From positions 5,084,001 through 5,148,000 of the forward strand of contig JAWMAR010000065.1 of the NCBI GenBank assembly GCA_036785375.1: a DNA stretch of 64,000 nt, read 5' to 3'. Shown piece after piece: positions 12,961 through 26,980 of the stretch (positions within the stretch are counted from its first letter, which is position 1; every line of letters starts with the position of its first letter). The position numbers were made by a program, and so were the translations under genes. Origin of the DNA: Leucoraja ocellata (lineage: Eukaryota). Under the pieces are notes generated by a model that was not told the origin of the DNA, did no database searches, and saw only the letters and a list, made by a program, of their open reading frames with translations.

Positions 12961-15346
12961 CTTCTTTAAAATAATGTAGCACAGCACTATCCTTGGTATA
13001 GCCCAAGTGATACTAACAGGCCCAATGGGGTCTGCTGCTGCTTGTAATTTGGGCTTCTAGCTGTGGAATGAATGCCTGGCCAGGTTAGTTTTAGTTCAGG
13101 AAAACAAATAAAGCTGCAGACACTGAATTCTCAAACAGAAACACTGTAAGAACCCAGTCAGTCAAGTAGCGTGTGTGGAAAGGGAGAACTGCTAATGTTT
13201 TGACATTTCTCCAAAGAAGAAGCGTTGAGGGTTTATTGTTTTCAAAGTAGTACTAGGGGAGGAGTGAAGTGCAAGACCAAAGACTATATAGTCACAGATT
13301 AGTACACCCTCCACTCGTTCCCTTGTTCCAAGGAAAGGTCACTAACCCAAAATATTGATTGGATTTCCTTCCACCGATGCTGATCAATTGGCTGAGTTCT
13401 TCCAGAATCTCTATTCTTATTTGAGATTTAGCTCACATTTACTTTTTTCTTACACAACACAAAAGATGGCAAAGGAATTCCAATCAATCACAAGCAAGAT
13501 TATCTCCTCTAGGAACAAGGAAAAGGTTAAATTAAAACTGAACCACTGATCCCCTTTCACTTCTCTGCCTTAGGGCAGTTGCCTAGCACACATTGTCGCA
13601 GCAGCAGATTACAAATCATTGACACAACCTTAAAGTCCATCATTCCTTGTTAATGAGTGTGGTAACGTTTCCAAAAGAGTGAACTTCAAGGAAGGCACTA
13701 CTTTGGGGTCAACAAAACATTAGTAATGTGTACTTGGCAAGGCATTCTCAACTAGTGAAATCAAAATGGTAACTTTATTCCCCTACTTGTGACTGGCTGC
13801 AGAGTCAACCTCTTTGGCAGATAGTCTGCCTCAATGAGCAATGAAGCAAGTCCTCTCAGCTAACAGGTGGCTTTAGAGGTCAGGTGCATTGCAAGGGCTG
13901 TTAAAAGATGGCAGTAAAATCACCCTGCAACTTCAAACCCCGATACTATAGCAAATGCAAGATCGGGTTTAAAAAATACATTGTTGTGGTTTTAATAAAG
14001 TGGTAATCTAAATGCAATGTATCCAAATGCGATTTATTTTACTTCTGACAACTTGCGTATTTTTATACATCGACCAAATGTTGTCGATGCAGTCGTAATA
14101 TTTTCGCTAAAAATATCCGGCTCCAAAGTCACAACCAAACTAAAAGCTGTATTCACATCATATAAAAGGGAAAGAGAAGGGGAGAAAATTGAATAAAGAA
14201 ATAGTCACGTCAGAATCACCTTGATGATGATTGCCCAGCCCCTCCAAACCGTGGCTAGACAAACTGAACAGTTTCCAGTCCAGTCCTACTGGATTTTTCA
14301 AGCACTGGTTGATTCTAAGACAAGGCCAGAGTTTCTCAGCCTAGTTCTTCCCTGGAAGTGCTGTGTACCATCAGAACATTTCTGCTCTTTCAACCCCAGG
14401 TGGTTTTTAATTACTAGCTGACCACCTGTAGTCCTCCCACTGATGTACAGAATTAATTAACTTTCAAGAAAAATGCCAATCAGAATCAAAATAGATATTT
14501 AAAAACTGTAGGTAATGATCAAAGGTTGGATCACAGGTGTCAAGTCAATGATTTCAAATTTGAATATTCATGTATGGTACTGTGAGATTCCTTAACTTGT
14601 CACTACTGCAGTTATCTACAAGTTATGAAAATTCCTTCAAATAACACTTATGAAGCACTTGAATATTCAATTACCAAACCGGAAGGAAATGGAATGAGAA
14701 AATGATGGTAAATTCAACACTTTTAACAAAACGTACATTACAAGTTAGAGACGCTTCTAGTCCTCATTTCTTTCCCCTTCATCTGACCAATCTACTGCCC
14801 TTTTCAATTTCTCCAGGACTGGCACAGCGTATCTACATTTTGCCAGGCACAAGGTCTGGCCATCCTAGAACACATTTTAGAATTGCAACCCACATCACTG
14901 TGATTGCTGTCAGAAATTATCCCATAGGACTTGTGGCCTGCAATTTGCCTTGGACCAATAACCCAATTAGTATAGCTGATTAATTTTGAGGCAAATAGCT
15001 TTTTGTTCTCCTGAAGTCCTACTCACCCATTCTCTACTGAAGGAATGCTTTTCCCAAATAGAAGGCACTTCCCACCTACCCACATTGCAGGTCCCAGCAA
15101 TCATTCTGTGAAAGTTTACCAGAAAGATGTTTTTTTTTCCCCACAGCTTCTAGCAATGGAGAATACTTGTATCAAACAATTAAGAGAGATTTGTTTTAAA
15201 TGAGGGAAAGTTAGGAGCATATTAAAAAGGCACAAGGCTGAATTTACAGACTTCAAGGGCACTAATAAAACAAAGATCTTGCAATTTCATTTGTTTTTCA
15301 TGCAAGTCAGGTTTACAGCACTCTCATCAATGCATGTGAAGGACAT

Positions 15347-15455
15347 GTCTGAAGAAGGATTGAGTCTGAAAAGTCTCGACCCGAAATGCCACCTATTCCT
15401 TCTCGCAGAGATGCAGCCTGTCCCGCTGAGTTACTCCAGCATTCTGTGTCTCTAC
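15347..15455 (+). repeat. Penelope-terminus repeat with disrupted hammerhead core
   Basis: gtctgaagaagg...gtctcgacccgaaatgccacctattccttctcgcagagatgcagcctgtcccgctgagttactccagc. Confidence 0.75.
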
Positions 15456-18400
15456 CATGTGAAGCACAACTCGCATTTCAGAATCCGTCTCCTATCTGAT
15501 AGCAGTTGATCCTGACACTAATTAACAGGCATAACGGGAAGAGGAAATCCCATCCAAAATACTAGGCATTTGAATTTTTCACAGTTCTGGATCAAATGAA
15601 GAATAAAATAAAATAAGAAAGTCTGCAGCAAAATCTTGATTGGCTACTAAAAGTGTGAAGAAATAGGCTAAGAAAAACATTAGTTCTGGAACCAAAGTAG
15701 TAACCTAATTTCCTGTTAGTCTGCCTGTCTGACAGTCATTTTCATGAGCACAAAGGCGGTATTTAGTACAGGAGATTTAGGGTTTCTGGTCGCTGAATTA
15801 GATGTTCTGTATGCTAAAGGTGACAGATTAATTTAACTTTCAGATCAAATTGCCTTTGTTCATAATTTTGATTAAACAAACAATAGGCAGGGTCACTTAA
15901 AACACTTATTGGTCTCTTTTTGGAATAAGGTTACACGTTTAAGAAACTAAATTTAGAACCGTTTTTAAAAATTACACACATGCCAGACATATCCTTTGGT
16001 GATGCATCATCACTAATACGTCCTTCAGCTCTACATGGCTGAACAACACTTCACGGAATTTGTTAATCGCAACGAAATCTCCTGTTTAAAAGAATAGAGT
16101 CTGTTTTGTTTCTCCAAATTGACTCGTTGGACCTCTCCAGTAGTTTGGTAGTACGCTCACGCCACCGACACGTTAGGAAGGGGCTCATTGCAGCTTTAAT
16201 TTTGAAAGAGCTTAATTGATCTTTTTGATAGACCTGAAATAAATCAAACTAGACTGATTCACATGAGAACAGAACCTAATCCTGCAGTCAGATCCATGTG
16301 AACAAAAACCAAAACAGCTGTTAATTTGGGCTTTATAACATAAAGCACAAGGAATCCCAACTGATGTAGCGAAAAGCAGGGCTTCTGGTAATATCTGCAA
16401 TAATGAATCCACTTGAGAGAATTCAGTGCAAACACAACAAGACAATAAATATAATGAAAAGGGAAGGAACAAAATTAAAGTCGGGTCAAAACTCAACGAT
16501 AGCGCAACTTCCGGCTTTAGTCCTCTGCCTAGATTTCACAGCAAATACTAAAGTAAGCAATGGACTAGTACCTAGCCATAAAGTGGTTACTTGTTATGAA
16601 TTAGTAATGACTTGACCATTGCAATTCAGCCAGAAAACCTCCAACCCAGCAGCTATTAACAAAAGATCTTTTGAAAGACACATTGAAAACAGCAGTTTTT
16701 CAACTCTCACTGACCTGGAAATCCTTTTTTCCCCCCATTATCAAAACCCCAATCACAGTCAACTTGCAGCAACTTCTGGTGCCCACACATATAAAATCCA
16801 GTAAAGTATAAATATCTGTAAACTGGTGTCAGCCATAATCCACTCTACCACCGCAGTGCCCCACAACAGTGTCTTTGCGAATGTTGCCGGCACAAAATCG
16901 GCAACCGTCAAGACTTTCAACCTTGTCTGCATTACTCGCTGCAAAATCCATCACTTAATGAAACACGTTGATGTGTAATGAGTACCAAGTCGTAACTACT
17001 GTTGAAAAACCTCTGGCTCTGACAAACTAATAATTGCAAAACATCATTCATTTCATTCCATGTTTTAAAAAAATGATAAAATTTTGGTCAACTTGAAACT
17101 TCTTTTTTCTACGATATTAAAATAACCCCTTATTTAGTTGCACATTTTTAGTTTGCATTCGGTAAGCAATAAAACATCGATCACATCCATGTATTTATTG
17201 GCTTTGAGAACTGTCAATAGTGACTGGCTGTTTGATGGCTTCATTACTCCTAGACACCAGATTCTCCACAGATGGCACGTGTCTGAAAGTTACCTCACTA
17301 AATGGGGTAGGGGCAGGGTTGCAGGGGAATGCATCTTCAAAAGACTGTTCATTGTTTTTTATGGACATCGTTCTTCAAGGTCAGTGATGAGCTGACTACT
17401 AACACCAGGTCAGTAATTTGAAAGTTGAATCTTGAAATACCAATTGTTGCATTTGAAGTTCAATCAGAAGGCCATATGCAGGTTGCATTTATAGGATAGC
17501 TCTAAACCCCTGTAATTAGCATGGATTTGATTATTTGTTATTCAACTATTGGTAATTAAACATTTCAAAACTTGTACGAGAATGAATTGGCCCAAATTGC
17601 ATTCCACATGTTAAGTTGAACGTATGAAATTTTGAAAAATGGGAGATGAGAATTCAGGAAATATCAGTCGCAAAATTCCCACACAAACTAGATTGAGATG
17701 ACATATTCTTGAAAATATTAAGCTATAGACAGAAATTGTCAGAATATAAATCCGCACTGCATGAAGTGGCATTCCTCACAGAGGCTACTCTCAGCCAAAT
17801 TCATTGAATAAGTCTTCAAACAGAACAAGCAGTATCTCCAGCACTGAGCACTCACTGTTAGCAAACTCGTATTGCCCAGTATGTGCTTCTAATGACTAGA
17901 TGGTAAATACCTCTTGGTTTGAATGAGTGCCAGGTAAATCACCATGTTTTAAAGATTCAATCCCCCTCTGTGATGCCATGATAAGAACAGGCAACTGGCA
18001 GAGCAGCAAGACCTTTTAACTCTTTCACGACAATTTAGTTTAAAAAGCAAACATAGTAAAATCAAACTAGATTATCCTTCTAAGATTCATAAAGGTGGTT
18101 TTCTAAATATCGCAAAGGAATTTAGTAGCTTGGCCTATTTTGTGGAATCAAATGTGACTGCTTACTTTGTCTTTAAATGTTTTATAAAGGCTTTTTGGAC
18201 CACACAAAAAAAAGCTTTGTCCAAAAATTCCCCTCAACAAATCGCTTCCATCAGCTAGTTCCCTGCTATTACTTGAAATAAACCTTTGTACGCTGTGGCA
18301 CAGAGCTTGGACAACAGTCCAAATTATGTTTAACGATGAAGAAGTATGTGCCTTAAATTTTGTAACAATCTTTGCACAGGAACACCAACAACACTGCACT

Positions 18401-18627
18401 GTCTGCCGGACACACTCCCGGGGCTCAATCTAGCCTTATAAATTCCAAAGGGAACGCACACACAACCGCTAAGCTACGAAGCACCAGTTGCCAACAGCCT
18501 CTGTAAACAATTAGAGAAAAGGTTCGCAATTTACAAGGCCTCGGGTCCCCAGCAACAATTCATAAATCACAATAAATCATAATCTGGTCCAGATTGCCCC
18601 AGCCGTCCTGCCAACAGCTATGAAGTA

Positions 18628-20266
18628 CGGTACCCTCCATAATGTTCTGGACAAAAACCCATCATTTATTTATTTGCCTCTGTACTCCACAATTTGATTT
18701 TGTAATAGAAAAAAAAAACACATGTGGTTAACGTGCACATAGTCAGATTTTATTAAAAGCCATTTTTATACATTTGGTTTCACCATGTAGAAATTACAGC
18801 TGTGTTTATACATAACCCCCCCCCCCCCCCCCCATTTCAGGGCACCATAATGTTTGGGACACATGGCTTCACAGGTGTTTGTAATTGCTCAGGTGTGTTT
18901 AAATGCCTCCTTGATGCAGGTATAAGAGAGCTCTCAGCACCTAGTCTTTCCTCCAGTCTTTCAATCACCTTTGCAAACTTTTATTGCTGTTTATCAACAT
19001 GAGGACCAAAGTTGTGTCAATGAAAGTCAAAGAAGCCATTATGAGAATGAGAAATAAGAATAAAACTGTTAAGAGACTTCAGCCAAACCTTTTGTTTACC
19101 AAAATCAACAGTTTGGAACATCATTAAGATGAAAGAGAGCACTTGTGAGCTTACTAATCGCAAAGGGACTGGCAGGCCAAGGAAGACCTCCACAGCTGAT
19201 GACAGAAGAATTCGCTCTGTAATAAAGAAAAATCCTCAAACACCTGTCCTATAGATCAGAAACACTCTTCAGGAGTAAGGTGTGGATTTGTCAATGATCA
19301 CTGTCCGCAGAAGACTTCATGAACAGAAATACAGCGGCTACACTGCAAGATGCAAACCACTGGATAGCCGCAAAAATAGGACGGCCAGGTTACAGTTTGC
19401 CAAGAAGTACTTAAAAGAGCAACCACGGTTCTGGAAAATGGTCTTGTGGGCAGATGAGACAAAGATTAACTTATATCAGAGTGATGGCAAGAGCAAAGTA
19501 TGGAAGAGAGAAATAACTGCCCAAGATCCAAAGCATATCACCCATCTGTGAAACATGGTGGTGGGGGTGTTATGGCCTGGGCATGTATGGCTGCTGAAGA
19601 ACTGGCTCACTTATCTTCACTGATGCTACAACTGCTGATGGTAGTAGCATAATGAATTCTGAAATGTATAGACACATCCTATCCGTTCAAGTTCAAACAA
19701 ATGCCTCAAAACTCATTGGCTGGCGGTTCATTCTACAGCAAGACAATGATCCCAAACATACTGCTAAAGCAACAAAGGAGTTTTTCAAAGCTAAAAGATG
19801 GCCAATTCTTGTGGCCAAGTCAATCAAGATCTGAACTCAATTGAGCAGGCCTTTTATATGCTGAAGATAAAACTGAAGGTGACTAGCCCCCAAAACAAGC
19901 ATAAGAGGTCTGGCAGAGCATCACCAGAGAAGACACCCAGCAACTGGTGATGTCCATGAATCGCAGACTTCAAGCAGTCATTGCATGCAAAGGATATGCA
20001 ACAAAATACTAAACATGATCACTTTAATTTACATGACATTGCTGTGTTCCAAACATTATGGTGCCCTAAATGGGGGACTATGTATAAATACTGCTGTGAT
20101 TTCTGCATGGTGAAACCAAAATGTGTAAAAATGGCCTTTATTAAAATCTGACAATGTGTGCTTTAACCACATGTGATATATTTCCTATTAGAAATCTCAA
20201 ATTGTGGAGTACAGAGGCAAATAAATAAATGATGGGTCTTTGTCCCAAACATTATGTAGGGCACTG
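18628..20266 (+). mobile_element. Full-length Tc1-family transposon (IR/DR type), defective
   Basis: 1639 bp, TA TSD (18626-27, 20267-68), ~230-bp TIRs each with outer and inner ccataatgtttgggaca-type repeats. Confidence 0.95.
18999..20012 (+). pseudogene. Tc1 DDE transposase pseudogene
   Basis: Fragments GRPRKT, TVRRRLHEQ, VLWADETKINL, QQDNDPKHTAK and LNSIEQ across frameshifts and stops; ends KGYATKY*. Confidence 0.93.
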
Positions 20267-22367
20267 TAAATAAGATCTCCCTACCCCAGCCTGAAACAGA
20301 GCGAGGAACTGGGACACAACGTTAACTTGAGCAGAGGACTAGAAAACCAAATGAGTAAATACAAATGTAACCAGCCGTTACTGTTTGCCAAAATAACCCT
20401 GAACAAGGGATGCAAATGATGGAACTGCCTTCATAAACTACAATTCAATATTTCTCTCTAAATCATGTGCATAAACTTTGAAACAAACTAACAACCTGCA
20501 GATGTTTCAAACAACATTACCACAGACAAAGGAGTTATTGTTTTCACAATGATTTCCTAAAAATCTAACATTAACCATAATGGATTTTTAAAAGTCCATC
20601 TCTATTCTGGGAAAGTTCAATAAAAGGAATTACAACTGCCAAGGACTAACTGAAGAATTATCTGAAACAATCAGAATCATGGACGGTGTTGGCTTGTAAC
20701 AATGTTTCTGGATCCCACATTTCATGACTTTTCTCATTAATTTCAAGTCAGGTTTGTGTTAGTGGGTAAATATCAGGTTCTATTTCTGCACGCCTACAGA
20801 TGGGACAAGAGGAAACCACTTGGTAAAGATTTAAATTCAAAAATCAAGAGAACGGCTAAAATCATAACGGGGGAGGGGGAAACATGAAATCTAAAGTTTG
20901 TAATAGAATGGCAGCTCACGTTACATTGGGGAAAGTAGTGCGTTGGGAATGTTGCCCATCACTATTGACAACGTAAACACTGTCACAAATATTTCAGGAT
21001 CCATACACAAATCAGAGATTAATTAAGAAACACCAAGAGGAAAACTAACGTACAAGGTTTCATCAGTATATGTACATACACACAGCCATTAATGCTCCCT
21101 GTAAACAAAATACCATTGCTGTGGAGAAAGCAAATGCCATGCCTGTTGGAATGCAAATCTCTTTCTAGAGACGCAAGCTCTTCGGAAATTTATTTTTGTT
21201 CCTTGACAAGACGTAACAATTTACCAATATTTGTACAAATACAGTCAAAACAATATTCAACGTTAAAAAAACACCCCTAAATTAAATTGTTTTTTTTAAT
21301 GTAGCAAAACATTAAGAATGTATTTCAAAACACAAATAATCAGAATCTTTCCACAGTCACAGCACCAATTAGACATAAGACATTCTCCCTATAAGCTAGT
21401 GTTGTACCGAAATTCACGGAAATCAATTTTTTGTAACCAAAACACTCAGCAGGTTTTCAATTATACATTTTTCAAAAAGCGAATGCCATGCAAATATACC
21501 TCACGTAAAGTTACAGATGATTCAGCTGTGTACCGTCACCAAGGGAAAGAAAATCTATTGAAAAGATTCGTCAACAGATTAACAAACGTTATTTATTTTG
21601 TCTTGACTCTTTATTTGAATTAGCCTACTACTTTAAACAATATTTGAAAATCCAGCCAATGTGAAGAAATTTGGATCAAAAAGCATCGAAAGGATGACTA
21701 AATTTCACAATCTTGCAAAATATATACACATGTAAAAAAGGTTTTTGATTATTTTGAACAATAAAATTATGCACTGCGGTCCAGATATCAGGATCGCTCA
21801 GTGAAAATATCATGAATTGACATGGCCTCATTTTATTGATGCACTGACCCCATTATCACGTGGCGACAGTTTAAGTTTGAACTTATCACATTGCACCTTT
21901 AAGAAAGCGCTGACTGAAAACAGACGATCTAATTAAACTGCAGCATCGGTGGCCCGGAATGGAAGCCAAATGTAGAAAACGGCAACTTTTTGCACCGTCA
22001 TAATTTATACTAAAAGAGGAACCACATTAATAAGGTCCAAAATGCTTAATCAAGATCAACAGACACCACTTCACACTTTAAAACCACAAAACCAAGCCTC
22101 TAACCATAGACAGTTCGTATGCATTCTAACACTCGCATACAAACCAATATATGCCTCGGCAGAAGACAATAACAAGCTGAGCAATTTGAAATCAGAAACC
22201 TGCACACTTAACGTTTGTGGTTTCAAACTGCGAACCAATTCTCCTTTTACTAAAACCACGCATGTTCCACATTTGCATACTACATTGATCTCCCCATGAT
22301 AAAATCCTAAATAGGTGCAGGTTCCACCATACTGCACCATCAAACACTTTTGTTAACCAACTCTTAA

Positions 22368-22520
22368 GAACATAGAACAATACAACAATGGAAACAGGCC
22401 CTTCTGCCCACAATGTTTGTTTCAAACATGATGCCTAGTTAAACTGATCTCATATGTCTGCACATGATTCATATCCCTCTATTCCTTGCATTTCCATGTA
22501 CCTATCTAAAAGCCTCTTTG
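22368..22520 (-). mobile_element. CR1-type 3' end / SINE tail fragment
   Basis: aacatagaacaatacaacaatggaaacaggcccttctgcccac...ctatctaaaagcctct, a recurrent elasmobranch-type 3' terminus. Confidence 0.6.
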
Positions 22521-22883
22521 GCACCATCATATCTGGCTCGTCATCAATAAATATTTTGCCAGTTTTAAGAAATAATTGAATTGCTGTTCAAAATATTTCC
22601 CCTTTTATTAGTTTCCTCAGGAGATAAAAACAGGCAGGTCAACACTAGCCATTGTTGGAGGAGAGCGACACGACTAAAAGTTTTCCAATTTAAATAAGTC
22701 AACCAAATGCCTACAAAGAAAATTGGAAATTTTAAGCTGCAGAGACAAAATGCCAATAAAGTACTGCATGTAAGTTTTAATAGTTTAAAAAAAGATTTAT
22801 TCCCTCAACTACTACTTTCTTCCAACTAGATTACTCTACTTAAAAACCCAACTATGTCACTGATACCAGAGGTTAATTCTGGT

Positions 22884-22977
22884 GGTAGACACAAAATGCT
22901 GGAGTAACAGCGGGACAGGCAGCATCTCTGGAGAGAGGAAATGGGTGACGTTTCGGGTCGAGATCCTTCTTCAGACT
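22884..22977 (-). ncRNA. Penelope-terminus repeat with near-intact minimal hammerhead ribozyme core, sense to TCF7L2 pre-mRNA
   Basis: Minus strand agtCTGAAGAaggatctcgacccGAAAcGTCaccc: CUGANGA and GAAA boxes intact, one mismatch in stem II. Activity unproven. Confidence 0.6.
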
Positions 22978-23089
22978 GGTCTGAATATCCTGGTGATGTG
23001 CATTACTAGAAATAAAACTTTTTGTAAAATCACATCTTTATTTCTCACATGAAGCACAAATGTGTATTCAACTTCTATTTATTTCCAAT

Positions 23090-23222
23090 NNNNNNNNNNN
23101 NNNNNNNNNNNNNNNNNNNNNNNNNNNNNNNNNNNNNNNNNNNNNNNNNNNNNNNNNNNNNNNNNNNNNNNNNNNNNNNNNNNNNNNNNNNNNNNNNNNN
23201 NNNNNNNNNNNNNNNNNNNNNN
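23090..23222. other. Assembly gap (133 N)
   Basis: Run of N. Confidence 1.
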
Positions 23223-26164
23223 GCTTGTTGCAGGAGAAGCTCGCGTTTCTGCCGGAGGTGCTTCTTGTAGCTATGTTTACACTGCACTGCTCGTGCAGCA
23301 TTTGTTAGTACATCTTTTTGCCATTTGAGCTACCCAAACCATTTGTACTAGCAGCTGTAATAGTGCGCCTCTTTGCTGCTGTCCCGGCAAGAAACAGCCA
23401 ACATCTGCTTCAGCGCATCCAATCACTCTTAGCACATCCATCCCCCTTTGACTAATGTGCACCGACACTCGTATATCACCTGCAAATTGGCCCAAATGAA
23501 TTAACCAGTGCTCTGCTTAACATTACGAGATTTAAATGGATTTTCTCTCTACAGGTCTCCTCAATAATTGCATTTATCCATCTTGTTGAAATACAGTTTA
23601 CACTTGCTAACATCATTCCAATTCAAGCTACATTTTCTGCTCCAGTGGCAGGAACACAGGAGATTTGTCATCATATCATAACGGGTAATTCAAACAACAA
23701 TTAGTTCTATGACTGCCCGTATGTCAACATCCGCTCCAGTAAGCGCAGCTTCAGTTCCCCCGCACAGCTCGCCAAGATGAATTGTGCTTACTGGTCCTCA
23801 ATTTGTATATAGGCTTAACAAGTCAATGCTTCAAAAGCAGAAGGGTCATTATGCATTTTTGTTTTAAAGTGGGATGCTAAGAGACAACATTTCTTAAATG
23901 GGCAAACCAATATCAGTTTAATTACAATGCCATATCACACTAATTCTTATTAAAAGCACGGTTTTAAAGTACAGCATTTTGTTCAAAAAATTAGGCAACT
24001 CTTATTTTAAACTATAGGAAGTCTTAAATCACTGGACCTTTCTAAATATCTCCCCTTCAAAAACAAAATTTTTACTTCGGACAAGATTGTCTTTGCTGTA
24101 TGAAAATATCCTACTGAATAAGAGACGGCAATAAAGGAAGGTGTTGCAACTGTCACCAACAGTACATCAGAAAGCCTTTCACTCCAATGCAAATACCTCA
24201 CTTGAAAACCATTTGTAAGATTGTTTTTGATGACATTTAAGCCAGTAAACAGAACCAACTCCAGTTTTAAAAGCAACTACCCAATGTTTCATGCATTAGG
24301 TTCCAAAGTAAACAAGAATGCAATTGAAGAAACCCAACAGAGAAACAGAACTGGTGATGAGCACAGCAAGACAGCTGAAGTCTCGTGCAGAATTGCTAGG
24401 AGATGAGTTATCCTGTATTTTTTTTAAAAGAATGGAACAATGTAACTCCTAGGCAACAGCACCAATTCAGCTAAACATGCTCACTTGCTCTTTCTACCCT
24501 CACCAACCATATCCCCACCCGCACCCACCTAAAACAAATCCTCATTATCTACCGACCTCCAGAAACTCCTCAACCCCATTACATGCATTTCTGAACGGCA
24601 TGATTCAATGTCAGTTGTGCATGGAGTCTGATTTCAATCACTTTGTTTCACGTTTTCTGCCTTTAACATCTGAAATATTTACTGAGATTCAGAGGGGAGC
24701 TAATTAAAGCAGCAATTGTTTAACAAACAGGCAAAGAATACTAGCATTCGAAGTTCACTGAACAGAGAGGAAGAGTCTCCTGCTAGTGTTTGCCGCTAGA
24801 ACTCTAACAACAGAGTGCCTTCTTTTGTTCGCCAACTTGTTAACCCAATGCAGGTGTGGAACGTGGGAGATTTCGCTCAACATTCCTCACCTGACAAGTT
24901 CCTGGACTCAGTCAAGAACACCAATTAGGGACCAGGTATTACGTTCATGCAAGTCATGCGAGGTTATTCTCTTGCAACTAGGAGCAGCTGAAGGCACATT
25001 TACAATGGCACATCCATGAGCTTTTGTGCATTTACATCTTCACAAAAATGGTCATTCACTTGGCAAATGGAGCCACTTTAGCATGTGGGGCACTGTCGAC
25101 ACACTCCAAATGAAACAAGCCCCTATGGTAAAGAATCAGAGAGTGTTGATAAATGAACCTCTGTGCAATTCTATAATATTTGATGGAATTAACTTTAGAG
25201 TAAGCGAGAGTGCAGCAGTTGGAAACTACACACGCAACAGTTAACACCCGAGAATAAGCATTAACACTGTAGGATCACCAGTTCAGTTCCGACTCCGTAC
25301 CATCCCAACTGGTCAGCCAACCCAGCAACTTGAAAGCTACGAGAAGCCAAGATCTTCCTTTCACTCTTAGTTTAAATAGCTAATCTTTCAAATTGTACAT
25401 GGAAGTCCATCACAGGCTTGTAAACGTATTTCCATCCAGTCCATCTTCATGGTGCCTTGCATCAGGAAGGCAGGACGTATCGTCATGGATGCCTGCCATT
25501 CCCTTTCCTCTGAGGAGTTTGAAGGCTTGGATGTCGAAACTAAAAAAAAACCTGGTCCCTAATTGGTGTTCTTGACGGAGTCCAGGAACTCGCCAGGTGA
25601 GAAACGGAGAGCAAAGCATTCTTCACATTGCTATCAACTCCTGAACCATTCACCTCTTTCACACTACATTCCCGGAGCTGCTGCCACGTACGCTTACATT
25701 TGCCTCATTAGCTTTCCCAGACTGTACTTTAAATTTTTTTAATCTACTTCATACTTTGCACCACGACCTGTTTTGCACTTGTCATTGTATTGATTGTTAT
25801 GTTTATCATTCCTGGTTATTCTGTGGGTATCATGTGAACAGGGAATCTCGTTACACTCTAATGCATATGATAATAATCTGATGCGAATCTGAAGATGGTG
25901 GCATGATTGGGCTGGAAGTTGTCAACTTTTACTACTCCATGTATTATATCTGCATTACAAAGACAATGTAGCACACATTGCTAAATGAAAATATGTACTA
26001 GACTTGATTCCATACTGATTCCCATGTCAAACCGTACTTATTCAACTTTAAAATTCATTTAGTATTACTGGAATTACAATATCAAATTCACTACAACCAT
26101 TCTACAGTGCAATGTCCTTTGTTTATTTGCTGATGTCAATGACAGCAAAAGAAAAAATATTTAG

Positions 26165-26436
26165 CTTTTAGTTTTAAAGATGCAGCATAGAAACAAGCCC
26201 TACTGCCCACCAAATTCATGCCATCCCACTTTCTACACATCAGGAGTAATTTTACAGAAAAACAACTTACAAACCTACATATTTAGGATGTGGGAGAAAA
26301 TTGGAGCACCCAGAGGAAACCTACATTGTTACAGGGAGAACGGGCAAACTCCACACAAAAAACACGCAAGCTCAGGATCAAATGTGGGTCTCTGTCACTG
26401 CAAGGCAGCAACTCTACCAGCTGCACAACTGTGCCA
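26165..26436 (-). mobile_element. V-SINE (HE1-like), decayed
   Basis: Reverse complement resembles 33410-33708 (tRNA head, ttctcccacatcc..aa core). Confidence 0.7.
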
Positions 26437-26980
26437 TCTCCTGTGTCAAGTCAAGATATTTCAAAATGTTTCACTTCATGGTTTTAAACGATCATTGTTA
26501 TGTGGGAAAATGCTCTATCTGTAGATCACAAACAACAAATGAGATTGATGGCCCTGTTAAACATCTTGTGGTGGGATTGGGTGAGAGAAGAATGCTAGTC
26601 AACAGCCAAGAACATCCTGCTTCCCATCAAATAATGTGTTGTGTTCTTCAACATCTACCTGATCACCCAGGTTGAATCTCTGTTTTACCATAATGCAAAT
26701 TCATCATACTAAACATTCACCTGAAAGAAATGTGAACAGCTACAAGTGTAACCAATAACACGTAATATGCATAAGCAGTTACACACATCCAGTGAACCGG
26801 TAATTATCTCGTCAACATAACTTTTTAAAGATGACAGGCACATTTTTTTTTAAATTCCTAACCTGATACATTATATTCAATTAGATTTAACAAAATCTAA
26901 TCACACAAGATTAAGAAGGTGTATTCAGGGCCTTAAAACAGACTCCCCCAAGAGATCCAGAGAATGGGATAAAAATGGAG

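Noticed and set aside
23049-23328. ORFs spanning the N run
   Set aside because: Artefacts of the assembly gap.
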